A model generated the notes under the pieces. The model did not search any database and had not been told where the DNA came from. It saw only the letters and a list, made by a program, of their open reading frames with translations. Below are positions 1-8,837 of a stretch of DNA of 61,027 bases, one piece after another. The stretch is from an uncultured Dehalococcoidales bacterium (GTDB taxonomy: Bacteria; Chloroflexota; Dehalococcoidia; Dehalococcoidales; UBA2162): contig CAZMUD010000002.1 in NCBI GenBank assembly GCA_964569715.1, positions 1 through 61,027 of the forward strand. The letters run 5' to 3'. The first letter of the stretch is position 1; the number at the start of each line of letters is the position of its first letter. The position numbers and the translations under genes are program-made.

Positions 1-2327
1 GAGGCCCGATGTCGAACCACTGGATAGACCTGGGTAACAGTGATTGCATCATGGTTATCGGCGGTAACATGGCTGAGACCTTTCCTATTGCCTTCAAGTG
101 GGCTACTCGGGCTAAGGAGAAGGGAGCCAAGCTTATTCACATTGACCCTCGCTTCACCCGTACCTCAGCCAAGGCTGACCTATATGCCAGTGTGAGACCC
201 GGCACTGATATTGCCTTTATCGGCGGCATCATAAGGTATGTCATTGACGATATGGAAGCTAATCCCAGCAACTACAACATGACCTATGTCAAGGAATACA
301 CTAATGCTTCCTTCCTTGTCCATCCTGACTTCACTGGTCCGGCTGACTCGCTGGACGGGTTATTCTCAGGGTGGGATGGCAGCAAGTATGACAAAAAAAC
401 CTGGGCTTATCAATCGGATGCGACTCAGCCTGATAAGATAAAGAAGGATGCCACGCTCACTGACCCTAGCTGTGTCTTCCAGCTTCTGAAGAAGCACTTT
501 GCCCGCTACACTGATGATAAAGTAGTTGAAATCACCGGCACGGACAAGGCTACCTTCAGGCAGATTTGCCAGACTTACGCTGCAACCGGGCAAATAGGTA
601 AGGCAGGAGCCATTGTCTTCTCTTCCAGCGCCTGTCAGCGGAGCACCGGAACCCAGACGGTTCGAAGCTTTGGCATATTGCAGCTTCTCCTGGGTAACAT
701 GGGGGTAGCTGGTGGTGGGTTGGATGGTATCACAGGGGCGGTAAATGGGCTTGGCTGCACCCTGCAGGGTCTGGTCAATCACTGGGGACCCGGGGCAGGG
801 AGTGTTCGTCCAGCCAGCAGTAGTGAACAGAGTTTTTCTGCCTATGGTAAAAACAAGGCTCAGTTCGCCAGCATACTCAAGGCATGGTATGGTGACACAG
901 ACCATAATACCAGCTTTAACTATCTACCTAAGAGAGATGGCGACTATTCCTGGCAGCCCCTTTTCAAGGCAATAGATGACGGGGCAATAAAGGGGCTTAT
1001 CTGCTGGGGAATGAATCCCGCGGTGAGTGGACCAAGCAGCGCCGCGGCGCGCCAGGCATTGGGAAAGCTGGAATGGATGTTAGTGATTGACCTCTGGGAA
1101 ACAGAAACCGCTGCCTTCTGGAAGCCAGAGGCAGGGGCTAATCCCGCCAATATTGGGGCGGAGGTCTTTCTCCTGCCAGCGGCACACTCACTGGAGAAGG
1201 AGGGGAGTGTCTGCAATACCTGCCGCTGGAATCAGTGGCGCTACCAGGGAGCAGACCCTCCTGGTGAGGCTAGGAGTGACCTGTGGATAATAGACAAGCT
1301 GATGTTAAAGCTTAAAGAGCTTTATACAGGGCAGACGGAAAAGAATGCTGAAGCCATTACCAATCTGACCTGGGATTATGGTAATCCTCCAGACGTTCAC
1401 AAGGTAGCCAAGGAGATGAACGGCTACGACCTGAGCACAGGTAAGCTACTATCAAGCCCAGGCAATCTCAAGGACGATGGCACTACCACTTGCGGCAATT
1501 GGCTGTGGTGTGGGATGTATACTGAAGAGGGCAATATGGCGGCGAGGCGAGGCACTGCTGACCCTTCAGGAATTGGACTCTTTCCTAGTTGGGGATGGGC
1601 CTGGCCGTTGAATCGACGCATAATGTATAATCGTGCCTCAGTTGACCTCGACGGCAAGCCTTGGGACGACGCGCATCCTGTTATCTCATGGGATGGTACC
1701 AGTTGGGCAGGGGATGTTGCCGATGGGGGCGCATCGCCGGTAAGTCAAGGCGGGGGATATCCCTTCATTATGAAGCCTGAGGGGAGAGGGCATCTTTTTG
1801 GTTCCGGCAGACCTGATGGTCCATTCCCCGAGCATTATGAGCCCTGGGAGAGCCCAGTGTCGAATCCAATGTCATCTCAGCAGAATAACCCAGCCATCGA
1901 GGTCTGGGAAACCATTGCCAAAGGTACTGTGGCAGACTACCCCATCGTGGCTACTACACACCGTGTGGTGGAACACATGCATACCGGAGCGATAACTAGG
2001 CGCCTGCCGTGGCTGGTACAGATGATGCCGGAAATGTTTGTCGAAATGAGCCGGGAACTAGCAGCCGAGAACGGGATTGCCAATGGCGACACCGTTATTG
2101 TGGAGTCGGCCCGCGGCAGTATGACAGGAAAAGCTGTGGTCACCGCTCGTCTTAAGCCTTATCAAGTGAATAGCACTAAGGTTCACTACATCAGCTTGCC
2201 ATGGAATTGGGGATATATGGGACTGTCTAAAGGGGATAGTGCCAATCGGCTTACCCCCCGCATAGGAGACCCAAACAGTGGAATTCCTGAATTTAGGGCG
2301 TTCCTGTGTAACGTTCGGAGGGGATAG
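1..2327 (+). CDS. Molybdopterin oxidoreductase catalytic subunit, formate dehydrogenase alpha-like paralog (5' end outside the window)
   Basis: The frame is open from the window edge (codons start at nt 3: G-P-M-S-N-H-W). The product is collinear with the FdhA at 21770..24799 from its GAMTNHWNDIANSDC block onward. Shared blocks include DPRFTRTS, GTDIAFIGG, KDDGTTT, PFIMKPEG, PEHYEPWE and PWLVxMMPE. Confidence 0.9.
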   Translation, partial: GPMSNHWIDLGNSDCIMVIGGNMAETFPIAFKWATRAKEKGAKLIHIDPRFTRTSAKADLYASVRPGTDIAFIGGIIRYVIDDMEANPSNYNMTYVKEYTNASFLVHPDFTGPADSLDGLFSGWDGSKYDKKTWAYQSDATQPDKIKKDATLTDPSCVFQLLKKHFARYTDDKVVEITGTDKATFRQICQTYAATGQIGKAGAIVFSSSACQRSTGTQTVRSFGILQLLLGNMGVAGGGLDGITGAVNGLGCTLQGLVNHWGPGAGSVRPASSSEQSFSAYGKNKAQFASILKAWYGDTDHNTSFNYLPKRDGDYSWQPLFKAIDDGAIKGLICWGMNPAVSGPSSAAARQALGKLEWMLVIDLWETETAAFWKPEAGANPANIGAEVFLLPAAHSLEKEGSVCNTCRWNQWRYQGADPPGEARSDLWIIDKLMLKLKELYTGQTEKNAEAITNLTWDYGNPPDVHKVAKEMNGYDLSTGKLLSSPGNLKDDGTTTCGNWLWCGMYTEEGNMAARRGTADPSGIGLFPSWGWAWPLNRRIMYNRASVDLDGKPWDDAHPVISWDGTSWAGDVADGGASPVSQGGGYPFIMKPEGRGHLFGSGRPDGPFPEHYEPWESPVSNPMSSQQNNPAIEVWETIAKGTVADYPIVATTHRVVEHMHTGAITRRLPWLVQMMPEMFVEMSRELAAENGIANGDTVIVESARGSMTGKAVVTARLKPYQVNSTKVHYISLPWNWGYMGLSKGDSANRLTPRIGDPNSGIPEFRAFLCNVRRG

Positions 2328-2384
2328 CGAACCACTGATAGCGCGAGATTTGGTGTCATGGAGGAGAGCTAGTGGTATCAGAAG

Positions 2385-3632
2385 TTACTTCAGTAAATCT
2401 TGTAGCTGGGTAAGGGGGACGGTTTTTTGCTGGGCATTGGTCATATCCCGTAGTATCACGGTGCTCGTCTTTATCTCTTGCTCACCGATAATCACCGCAT
2501 AATGGACACCAAGAGTATTTGCCTGCCTCAGTTGAGCTTTCAGGCTCTTGCTGCCGATAGCCTCTATTACTCCAATACCAGCCTGCCTCAGCCTGGATAC
2601 CAGCTTTATTGCCTCGTCCTTGGCTGCATTGCCCACATGGGCGATAAAAACCTGTGGTCTGGGTAGAGGCGGGATGGATGCCTTTTGTTTCTTTAAATTA
2701 AATATTATCCGCTCTATACCAGCAGCAAAGCCAATAGCTGGGGTAGGCTTGCCGCCCAGTCCCTCAATCAGGTCATCATATCGTCCCCCGCCACCGAGGG
2801 TGCTTTGGGCTCCTTCTGCCTCAGGCTGAATCTCAAATACTGTTCTGGTGTAGTAGTCCAGACCACGAACCAGGCGGTGGTTTACTTCAAAGGGAAGTTC
2901 AAGTAAGCCCAAGTATCTCTTCAACTGGCTAAAGTGCTCATCACATTGTCGGCAAAGGTAGTCAATACTTTTAGGAGCCGAGTCAGCTATTGGCTGGCAT
3001 GAGGACTTTTTACAATCGAGCAGGCGAAGGGGGTTTCTCGTTAGCCTGGTTTTGCAGTCTGAACACAGCTCATCAGCGTAGTTAGCATAGTAATCCTTCA
3101 GGGCAGTGAGATATCCTGGTCGACACGCTTTACAGCCGATGCTATTTAGGCTCAGTGACAGGTGGTGAAGGTTTAGAGACTGGAAGAATTGCCATGCCAT
3201 ATCAATAACTTCAGCATCAAGGGCAGGGTCGTCATCGCCAATAGCCTCATAGCCAAACTGGTGGTGTTGTCGGTGTCTGCCTGCCTGAGGTCTTTCGTAT
3301 CTGAAAATAGAAGCAAAATAATAGAGCTTTGCTGGTTGTGGCAAATTATGCAGGCCATGTTCCACATAGGCTCGGCATATTGACGCGGTGCCCTCTGGTA
3401 TCAGGGTTAGTTTGTTTCCTCCTCTGTCCTCAAAGGTGTACATTTCCTTTGCTACAATATCGGTTCCTTCTCCCACACTGCGACTGAACAGCCCGGCATC
3501 CTCGAAGGCTGGGACATCAATGCGCTCGTAGCCATAGAGTTGACAGACATTAACCGCCTTTTGCTCTACATAACGCCAGTATGCTTGTTCCTGGGGTAGA
3601 ATGTCTGATGTTCCGCGTGGTGCCTGGTACAA
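2385..3632 (-). CDS. hisS: Histidine--tRNA ligase
   Basis: 415-aa ORF with a class II aaRS HisS-type N-terminus (MYQAPRGTSDILPQE), an RYERPQAGRxRQ motif and a C-terminal anticodon-binding region. Confidence 0.93.
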   Translation of the reverse strand: MYQAPRGTSDILPQEQAYWRYVEQKAVNVCQLYGYERIDVPAFEDAGLFSRSVGEGTDIVAKEMYTFEDRGGNKLTLIPEGTASICRAYVEHGLHNLPQPAKLYYFASIFRYERPQAGRHRQHHQFGYEAIGDDDPALDAEVIDMAWQFFQSLNLHHLSLSLNSIGCKACRPGYLTALKDYYANYADELCSDCKTRLTRNPLRLLDCKKSSCQPIADSAPKSIDYLCRQCDEHFSQLKRYLGLLELPFEVNHRLVRGLDYYTRTVFEIQPEAEGAQSTLGGGGRYDDLIEGLGGKPTPAIGFAAGIERIIFNLKKQKASIPPLPRPQVFIAHVGNAAKDEAIKLVSRLRQAGIGVIEAIGSKSLKAQLRQANTLGVHYAVIIGEQEIKTSTVILRDMTNAQQKTVPLTQLQDLLK

Positions 3633-3841
3633 CCTGATTTCCCCCTGCCTTTATTTTTCTGGGTGCATTTTAGAGCTAGAATACATTATTAACGCTGGAC
3701 TTGTAAAGGCGAAGCGATGTATATCTTCAAATCAGTGGGGAATTTAAGAAAGAGAGCTTACAGAGTGCCGAGATAGCAGTAACCAGCCTACCACACAAGT
3801 TGCGGGACAAGTTAAGATTTGCTAAACTGGGCTAGATACAT

Positions 3842-3917
3842 GGGCCGTTAGCTCAGTTGGCAGAGCACCTGACTTTTAATCAGGGTGTCACAGGTTCGAG
3901 ACCTGTACGGCCTACCA
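3842..3917 (+). tRNA. tRNA-Lys (anticodon TTT), CCA encoded
   Basis: Hand-folded cloverleaf: acceptor GGGCCGT/ACGGCCT (G1-U72 wobble), D arm GCTC..GAGC, anticodon stem CCTGA/TCAGG with loop CTTTTAA, T arm ACAGG-TTCGAGA-CCTGT, discriminator A, then CCA. Confidence 0.9.
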
Positions 3918-3955
3918 AAGCTAGTAGACCTTCCCTGCTAGGGAGTTTTGAAAAG

Positions 3956-4003
3956 AATCAGGGTGTCAAGATACCAGGTCAACCGACACCCTGATTTTAT
4001 TAT
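3956..4003 (+). terminator. Intrinsic terminator-like hairpin downstream of tRNA-Lys
   Basis: 12-bp perfect stem AATCAGGGTGTC (3956-3967) / GACACCCTGATT (3985-3996) followed by TTTATTATTT. Confidence 0.6.
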
Positions 4004-4300
4004 TTCGCAAATAAAATATCAAGCTACATCTGAAATATTGATTGCGGGGTGTGTATGTTTGTGACTCTGCGTATAACACTACTTATACGCGAATATTCAA
4101 GCAAGGCTATCACAGTAACAAAAGCCCCTTTTGTTTCACAATGAAGCTGTAAAAACAGGAAGCCAGAATGTGTGATTACCGGATTGGGCTTTCAAGGTGT
4201 TAAAATATCAGGTAGACCTGAAAAAGCGGCTAGATTTTGATTGCAGTGCGTCAGGTCTGGAACCAGTTCAATTTTAAGCATATTGTATTCTTCCCTTTGT

Positions 4301-4627
4301 CTAGGATATACAAAACAATGCGAGGTTCCAGCCCACGACTGCCGCCATTACTATATTTAACCACTGTAGCATCTGTAGTTTCTGTATATGAGACAATAGA
4401 ACTATAGCCATAAAGGTAAGAGCTATCTTATAGCCCACCAACCCAGCGATGTTCTCTCCAATCAAAGCCGCAACCGGATTGCCCTCAACGAACCCCCCAT
4501 CCATAGCCTGCATAGTTACTATGGTCACCATCAAATCAGCTAGATTAAGGCTTATCCATAGGGCAATACGAGTTGCCTCTCTCCTCCAGTTTGCCTTCTG
4601 TGGATACCCGCCTTCAAAAAATCCCAT
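4301..4627 (-). CDS. Small integral membrane protein, DUF5658-like
   Basis: 108-aa ORF with about 3 hydrophobic helices and a VEGNP motif typical of that family. Assigned from memory of the family pattern only. Confidence 0.6.
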   Translation of the reverse strand: MGFFEGGYPQKANWRREATRIALWISLNLADLMVTIVTMQAMDGGFVEGNPVAALIGENIAGLVGYKIALTFMAIVLLSHIQKLQMLQWLNIVMAAVVGWNLALFCIS

Positions 4628-4762
4628 CTATTAACTCTTCGTCCTTATCCGACTCTCCCAACTTCTCTACGCTCAAGTTTTACCTCAATACTTCCATTTT
4701 AGACTGCTGACATTTATTACTCATAAAGCTACCGTTAAAATCTCGTTAAAAATCACACAGTT

Positions 4763-4828
4763 TTGTGATTTCTTTTTGAGCTTCTGAGGTCTTTTTGTGA
4801 TGTGAATGTGAGTTGGCTCCCGTAACCT
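4763..4828 (+). promoter_or_regulatory. Direct-repeat operator plus -10 element (copy a) upstream of the OmpR-family regulator
   Basis: TTGTGAT boxes at 4763-4769 and 4795-4801, ATGTGAG at 4806-4812, then a 10-nt spacer and TAACCT at 4823-4828. Aligns without gaps to copies b, c and d. Confidence 0.6.
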
Positions 4829-4862
4829 GAAAGCAGATAAGGTGAAAGGACGGCTGCTACAA

Positions 4863-5558
4863 ATGGAGGACAGACCACGCATCATGGTGGTAGATGACGA
4901 CCGAGAGATGCTGCGGCTGCTTAAGCGTGTTTTTGAACTGGAAGGGTACGATGTTACCATAGCTGCCGACGGCAGTTCAGCACTAGCCCTGCTGGGAGAG
5001 TGTAAGCAAGACTTAGTTATCCTGGACATTGTGATGCCTGGTCCCGATGGTTATCAAGTTCTTGAGGCTATACGGCAAGGCTCTGATATTCCTGTAATCA
5101 TGCTCACCGCAAGGTGCGACGTGACCTCATTACACAAGGCTCTGGCGCTCGGTGCGGACGACTACGTGAAAAAGCCGTTCCGCCCGCTGGAACTTATGGC
5201 TCGCGTTCAGGCGAAGTTGAGGCGTGCCAAACACTGGGGCGAGCGTCTCGAACCTACATTCTATTCCCATGACCTCGTAATTGACTTTGTGAGACACAGG
5301 GTCACCTTAGGCAACAAAGAAGTGAAACTGACCGCTACCGAGTACAGGCTGCTATCCTATCTAGTACACAACGCTGGACAGGTCGTTACCCCTGACCAGA
5401 TTCTGAAGACGGTCTGGGGTGAGAAGCACAGCGGTGACAACCACCTTCTTCAGGTGAATATAGCTCGCCTCAGGCAGAAGCTAGGGGATGACGCCGGGAA
5501 CCCCAGTCACATCTTGACCAGACACGGCCAAGGATACATGGTTGTGAAGCAAACATGA
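4863..5558 (+). CDS. OmpR/PhoB-family response regulator (receiver + winged helix); no adjacent kinase
   Basis: Receiver motifs VVDDD and LVILDIVMPGPDG; the C-terminal LTATEYRLLSYL...GYM region is winged-helix type. The ATG at 4863 is preferred over the ORF-track GTG at 4842 (AAAGGA about 11 nt upstream, and the length then matches the 232-aa paralogs). Confidence 0.9.
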   Translation: MEDRPRIMVVDDDREMLRLLKRVFELEGYDVTIAADGSSALALLGECKQDLVILDIVMPGPDGYQVLEAIRQGSDIPVIMLTARCDVTSLHKALALGADDYVKKPFRPLELMARVQAKLRRAKHWGERLEPTFYSHDLVIDFVRHRVTLGNKEVKLTATEYRLLSYLVHNAGQVVTPDQILKTVWGEKHSGDNHLLQVNIARLRQKLGDDAGNPSHILTRHGQGYMVVKQT

Positions 5559-5600
5559 ACATATAGAGAACGTCCTTAAAGCAACACGATACTCATTAAA

Positions 5601-5638
5601 GGAGCCTTCCTAAAACCCGAAGGTTCTTCTTTTATTTT
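5601..5638 (+). terminator. Intrinsic terminator after the regulator gene
   Basis: Stem GGAGCCTTC / GAAGGTTCT with a 9-nt loop, followed by TCTTTTATTTT. Confidence 0.65.
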
Positions 5639-5670
5639 GCTCCCCCAGGGCATCTGAAGGTACTTTACAT

Positions 5671-5736
5671 CCGTGACCTTTTTGTGAGGTTTAACAGGTG
5701 TCTTGTGATACGGTTGTGATTCGGCTCCTCTATGAT
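5671..5736 (+). promoter_or_regulatory. Direct-repeat operator plus -10 element (copy b) upstream of the type IV pilus operon
   Basis: GTGA cores at 5673, 5684, 5705 and 5716 (spacing 11/21/11). TTGTGAT-ACGG-TTGTGAT, then a 10-nt spacer and TATGAT at 5731-5736. Confidence 0.6.
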
Positions 5737-5822
5737 TCAAACAGGATAATCATTGATATCATTGAATATGTGATAACTGCCAACATTCAGTCAACTACTA
5801 ATTAATAAGGTATCGAAGGAGA

Positions 5823-6074
5823 GTGAACTTGGGAAGCAGGTTTGAGGAGTTGTATCCAGAATTTATGACTACTGGTTTTGTTGCCGAGCACTGCGGGGTC
5901 ACTAATGCAACAGTATTGCGGTGGATTGAAAAAGGGCGTCTGCCAGCGTTTAGGCTCCCAGACCGGCATTATCGGATACACAGGGAGGATTTCGTCGGAT
6001 TCCTAACAGAGTATAGTATACCAGTACATCGCGGAGCATCTGGTAACAAAAGGAGTGGTGGACATACACAATAA
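5823..6074 (+). CDS. Excisionase/MerR-like helix-turn-helix DNA-binding protein
   Basis: FVAEHCGVTNATVLRWIEKGRLPAFRLP...YRIHREDF matches the HTH_17 (excisionase-family) pattern. The start is uncertain (GTG 5823, TTG 5829 or ATG 5865). Confidence 0.7.
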   Translation: MNLGSRFEELYPEFMTTGFVAEHCGVTNATVLRWIEKGRLPAFRLPDRHYRIHREDFVGFLTEYSIPVHRGASGNKRSGGHTQ

Positions 6075-6211
6075 CGTGGGGAAAACAAGGGTTGGGAAAT
6101 GTAGGATAACGATATGGGTAAACATATCTGGATAGCTAAGTCAGAAAATATTTTAGGGGGTGAGTTATGAAAATAGTAAATGCAAGGAATAGAAAAAAAG
6201 GAGGTAGAACC

Positions 6212-6562
6212 ATGAACCGCTTTCTGAAAAGGTTTCAGCAGGACAATAAAGGCTTCACCTTGGTAGAACTACTTGTTGTCATCGGCGTTATGGCAATACT
6301 GGCATCTGTCGTTCTACTCAATGTCACCGGGGTCATTGGCGAGGGTGAAACAGAGGCAGCAGCGACCGAACTGGTAACCATCCAGACAGCCATGGATGTG
6401 ATGATGGCGAAGAATGACCTAAGTTCAGTGGCAGCTACTTCTTCAACCAATGATATGTCGACCTTTCCTACTGGAAACCCGTTATATCCAAACTATCTGC
6501 GGACGGAACTGACCTCGGCGAACTACTCCTGTAGCACTACTGGATTGGTTACACCAGACTAG
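6212..6562 (+). CDS. Type IV pilin (prepilin with N-terminal cleavage/methylation motif)
   Basis: Leader MNRFLKRFQQDNKG followed by FTLVELLVVIGVMAIL (G|FTLxE class III signal). AAGGAGG lies 7-8 nt upstream of ATG 6212; the ORF-track start at 6167 is probably too early. Confidence 0.88.
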   Translation: MNRFLKRFQQDNKGFTLVELLVVIGVMAILASVVLLNVTGVIGEGETEAAATELVTIQTAMDVMMAKNDLSSVAATSSTNDMSTFPTGNPLYPNYLRTELTSANYSCSTTGLVTPD

Positions 6563-6640
6563 CTACCGGCGGCTAGTAGTGTCCCAGCTAAATGTAAAAG
6601 GTTGATGACAAGTCTATAGCTCACACCGGGAGTGGTTCTC

Positions 6641-7015
6641 ATGGATAAGAAGATTTTAGTTATTGAAGACGACCCGGCTAGTTTGAGGCTCATGGTGTAC
6701 ACCCTCCAGCATGAGGGCTATCAAGTGATTACCGCAGCCAATGGACTGGAAGGACTGAGAAAAGCTTTGAAGGAGAAACCTGACCTTCTCATCCTAGATG
6801 TCATGCTGCCGGGTATAGATGGCTTTGAGGTTTGCCACCGTCTGCGTGCTGAATCTCAAACTGCCCATCTGCCTATTTTGATGCTCTCAGGCAAAGCGCA
6901 GGAAATAGATAAAGACACCGGGCTCAAGGTAGGAGCTGATGACTACGTCACCAAGCCGGTAAGTCCTTCAGAGACAGCAAGTCGGGTGAGGGCATTGCTG
7001 GCACAGCAAAAGTGA
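6641..7015 (+). CDS. Single-domain CheY-like response regulator embedded in the pilus operon
   Basis: KILVIEDD, LLILDVMLPGIDG and KVGADDYVTKP receiver motifs; no output domain. Confidence 0.88.
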   Translation: MDKKILVIEDDPASLRLMVYTLQHEGYQVITAANGLEGLRKALKEKPDLLILDVMLPGIDGFEVCHRLRAESQTAHLPILMLSGKAQEIDKDTGLKVGADDYVTKPVSPSETASRVRALLAQQK

Positions 7016-7097
7016 CCAGAACCCAAAAAGAGACAGGGGAACATGATTATTACTCAGCATAAACAATAAGGATTCCTCTTAAGCTCAGGAGAAAGGG

Positions 7098-8804
7098 TTG
7101 GACATAAACGAATCGGTAAGAGTTACTGACAAGGTACAACGCAAAAAACTGGGCGAAATGCTGGTCGAGGAGGACCTCATTACTGCTGAGCAATTAGAGA
7201 ATGCTCTGGAGTTGCAGCGGAGGCAGGGGGGGGAACTCAGTGAGGTCTTGGTAAACCAGGGGCTGGTCAAAGCTGAAGACTTGGCAGCAGTGCTCAGTGT
7301 CCAGCTGAATGTGCCTCTAATCGACTTCAAGAGGCACATGGTTCAACCCAACGCCCTGCGGTTAATCCCTCAAGATATGGCCAGGAAACACACCCTTATT
7401 CCTCTTGATGTGGTCGGTGATGTCCTAGTGGTGGTTATGGCTGACCCGGAGGATATCCGCACTATAGAGGACATCAAGGCTCAGGCTAAGATGAGGGTTG
7501 AGGTAGCCCTTGGTATTCCTGCTGATATTGAGCAAGCCATTGACCTTAACTACAGGTCTAGCGTTGAAATAGAGAAACAAGTAAGCCAGTTTGCACCTAC
7601 CGTCGAGGAAGAGGCTGAGGTTACCCCAGAGCTTATTGCCAGGACACCTATTGCTCAGAGTCTGGACTTAATCATGGCACAGGCAGTACGGGATAGAGCC
7701 TCGGATGTCCACCTTGAACCACAGGTGAATAGGCTACGGATACGCTACCGCATTGATGGTGTTCTGCATGATATGTTTTCCTTGCCACTGAGTGCTCACA
7801 TGCAACTGGTGTCCAGGGTTAAAATTCTGGCTGAGATGAACATTGCCGAGCAAAGACGCCCTCAGGATGGTCAATTCTCAATCAAGGTAGGTGATAGAGA
7901 TATTGACATTCGTGCTGCCACTATGGAAATGGCTTACGGGGAGAGACTAACATTGCGGATTCTGGATAAGTCTCTCTCTCTTTTCACCTTGCCTGAGCTG
8001 GGTCTCTTACCTGATGCTCTCGAGAAGTATCGGGCGATGCTGAACAGTCCCTTCGGTCTGGTACTGGTGGGCGGCCCTACTGGCTCAGGCAAAACGACCA
8101 CCCTTTATGCATCGATTAACCAGCTCGACCGAAACGAGCGTAATATCCTGACAATTGAGGACCCTATTGAGTACCGTTTTATGGACATCAATCAAACCCA
8201 GGTTAACTCTAAGGCTGGGATAACCTTTGCCAGTGGGCTGAGGTCTATCATGCGGCATGACCCTGATGTTATTCTGGTAGGCGAGATACGGGATAAAGAT
8301 ACGGCAACGACAGCAGTTCAAGCCGCTCTCACTGGACACCTGGTACTCTCTTCAATTCATGCCAATGATGCCGTTGGTGTGCTTTTCCGGTTAATGGACC
8401 TGGGTGTTGAGCCGTATCTTATCTCCTCGACGCTGGTTGGTATTGTTGCCCAGCGGATGGTTCGCCGTGTCTGTACTCACTGCCGTGCTCCCTCCCAACC
8501 CTCGGTGGAAGAGCAAGTAGCCTACGATGAGGAAATGAAGGAACAGCCAACTACCTTTTATAGCGCGGTAGGGTGTAACCTCTGCGCCAGCACTGGCTAC
8601 CGGGGACGGACAGGACTTTTTGAAATCCTAGTTATGAGTGAGAAAATCAGAAGGATGTCACTTAGCAATGACAGTGCCAGTGATATTAGAGCAGAGGCAC
8701 TCAGGGAAGGAATGGTAACCATGAAGCAAGATGGGATGCTGAAGGTAAAAGAGGGCACTACCTTGATAAGTGAGGTGCTACGCAGCGTTTTTTCCCTTGG
8801 CTGA
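7098..8804 (+). CDS. pilB: Type IV pilus assembly ATPase PilB/GspE family
   Basis: 568 aa. Walker A GPTGSGKTTT, Asp/His boxes, a C-terminal tetracysteine cluster (CTHC...CNLC) and an N-terminal MshEN/GSPII_E_N-like region. Confidence 0.93.
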   Translation: MDINESVRVTDKVQRKKLGEMLVEEDLITAEQLENALELQRRQGGELSEVLVNQGLVKAEDLAAVLSVQLNVPLIDFKRHMVQPNALRLIPQDMARKHTLIPLDVVGDVLVVVMADPEDIRTIEDIKAQAKMRVEVALGIPADIEQAIDLNYRSSVEIEKQVSQFAPTVEEEAEVTPELIARTPIAQSLDLIMAQAVRDRASDVHLEPQVNRLRIRYRIDGVLHDMFSLPLSAHMQLVSRVKILAEMNIAEQRRPQDGQFSIKVGDRDIDIRAATMEMAYGERLTLRILDKSLSLFTLPELGLLPDALEKYRAMLNSPFGLVLVGGPTGSGKTTTLYASINQLDRNERNILTIEDPIEYRFMDINQTQVNSKAGITFASGLRSIMRHDPDVILVGEIRDKDTATTAVQAALTGHLVLSSIHANDAVGVLFRLMDLGVEPYLISSTLVGIVAQRMVRRVCTHCRAPSQPSVEEQVAYDEEMKEQPTTFYSAVGCNLCASTGYRGRTGLFEILVMSEKIRRMSLSNDSASDIRAEALREGMVTMKQDGMLKVKEGTTLISEVLRSVFSLG

Positions 8805-8837
8805 CGATGCATAGTCAAACTCATGCTAGAGGGAATC

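Noticed and set aside
3633-3841. Possible T-box leader upstream of hisS.
   Set aside because: On the minus strand of this spacer I could not find the conserved T-box sequence (AGGGTGGNACCGCG) or a terminator/antiterminator pair.
3878-3968. The 13-mer AATCAGGGTGTCA occurs inside tRNA-Lys (3878-3890) and again 78 nt downstream (3956-3968); possible att-site duplication.
   Set aside because: The second copy is one arm of a terminator hairpin. It duplicates the anticodon-stem/variable region rather than the tRNA 3' end. No integrase or island cargo follows. It is probably coincidental or a structural mimic.
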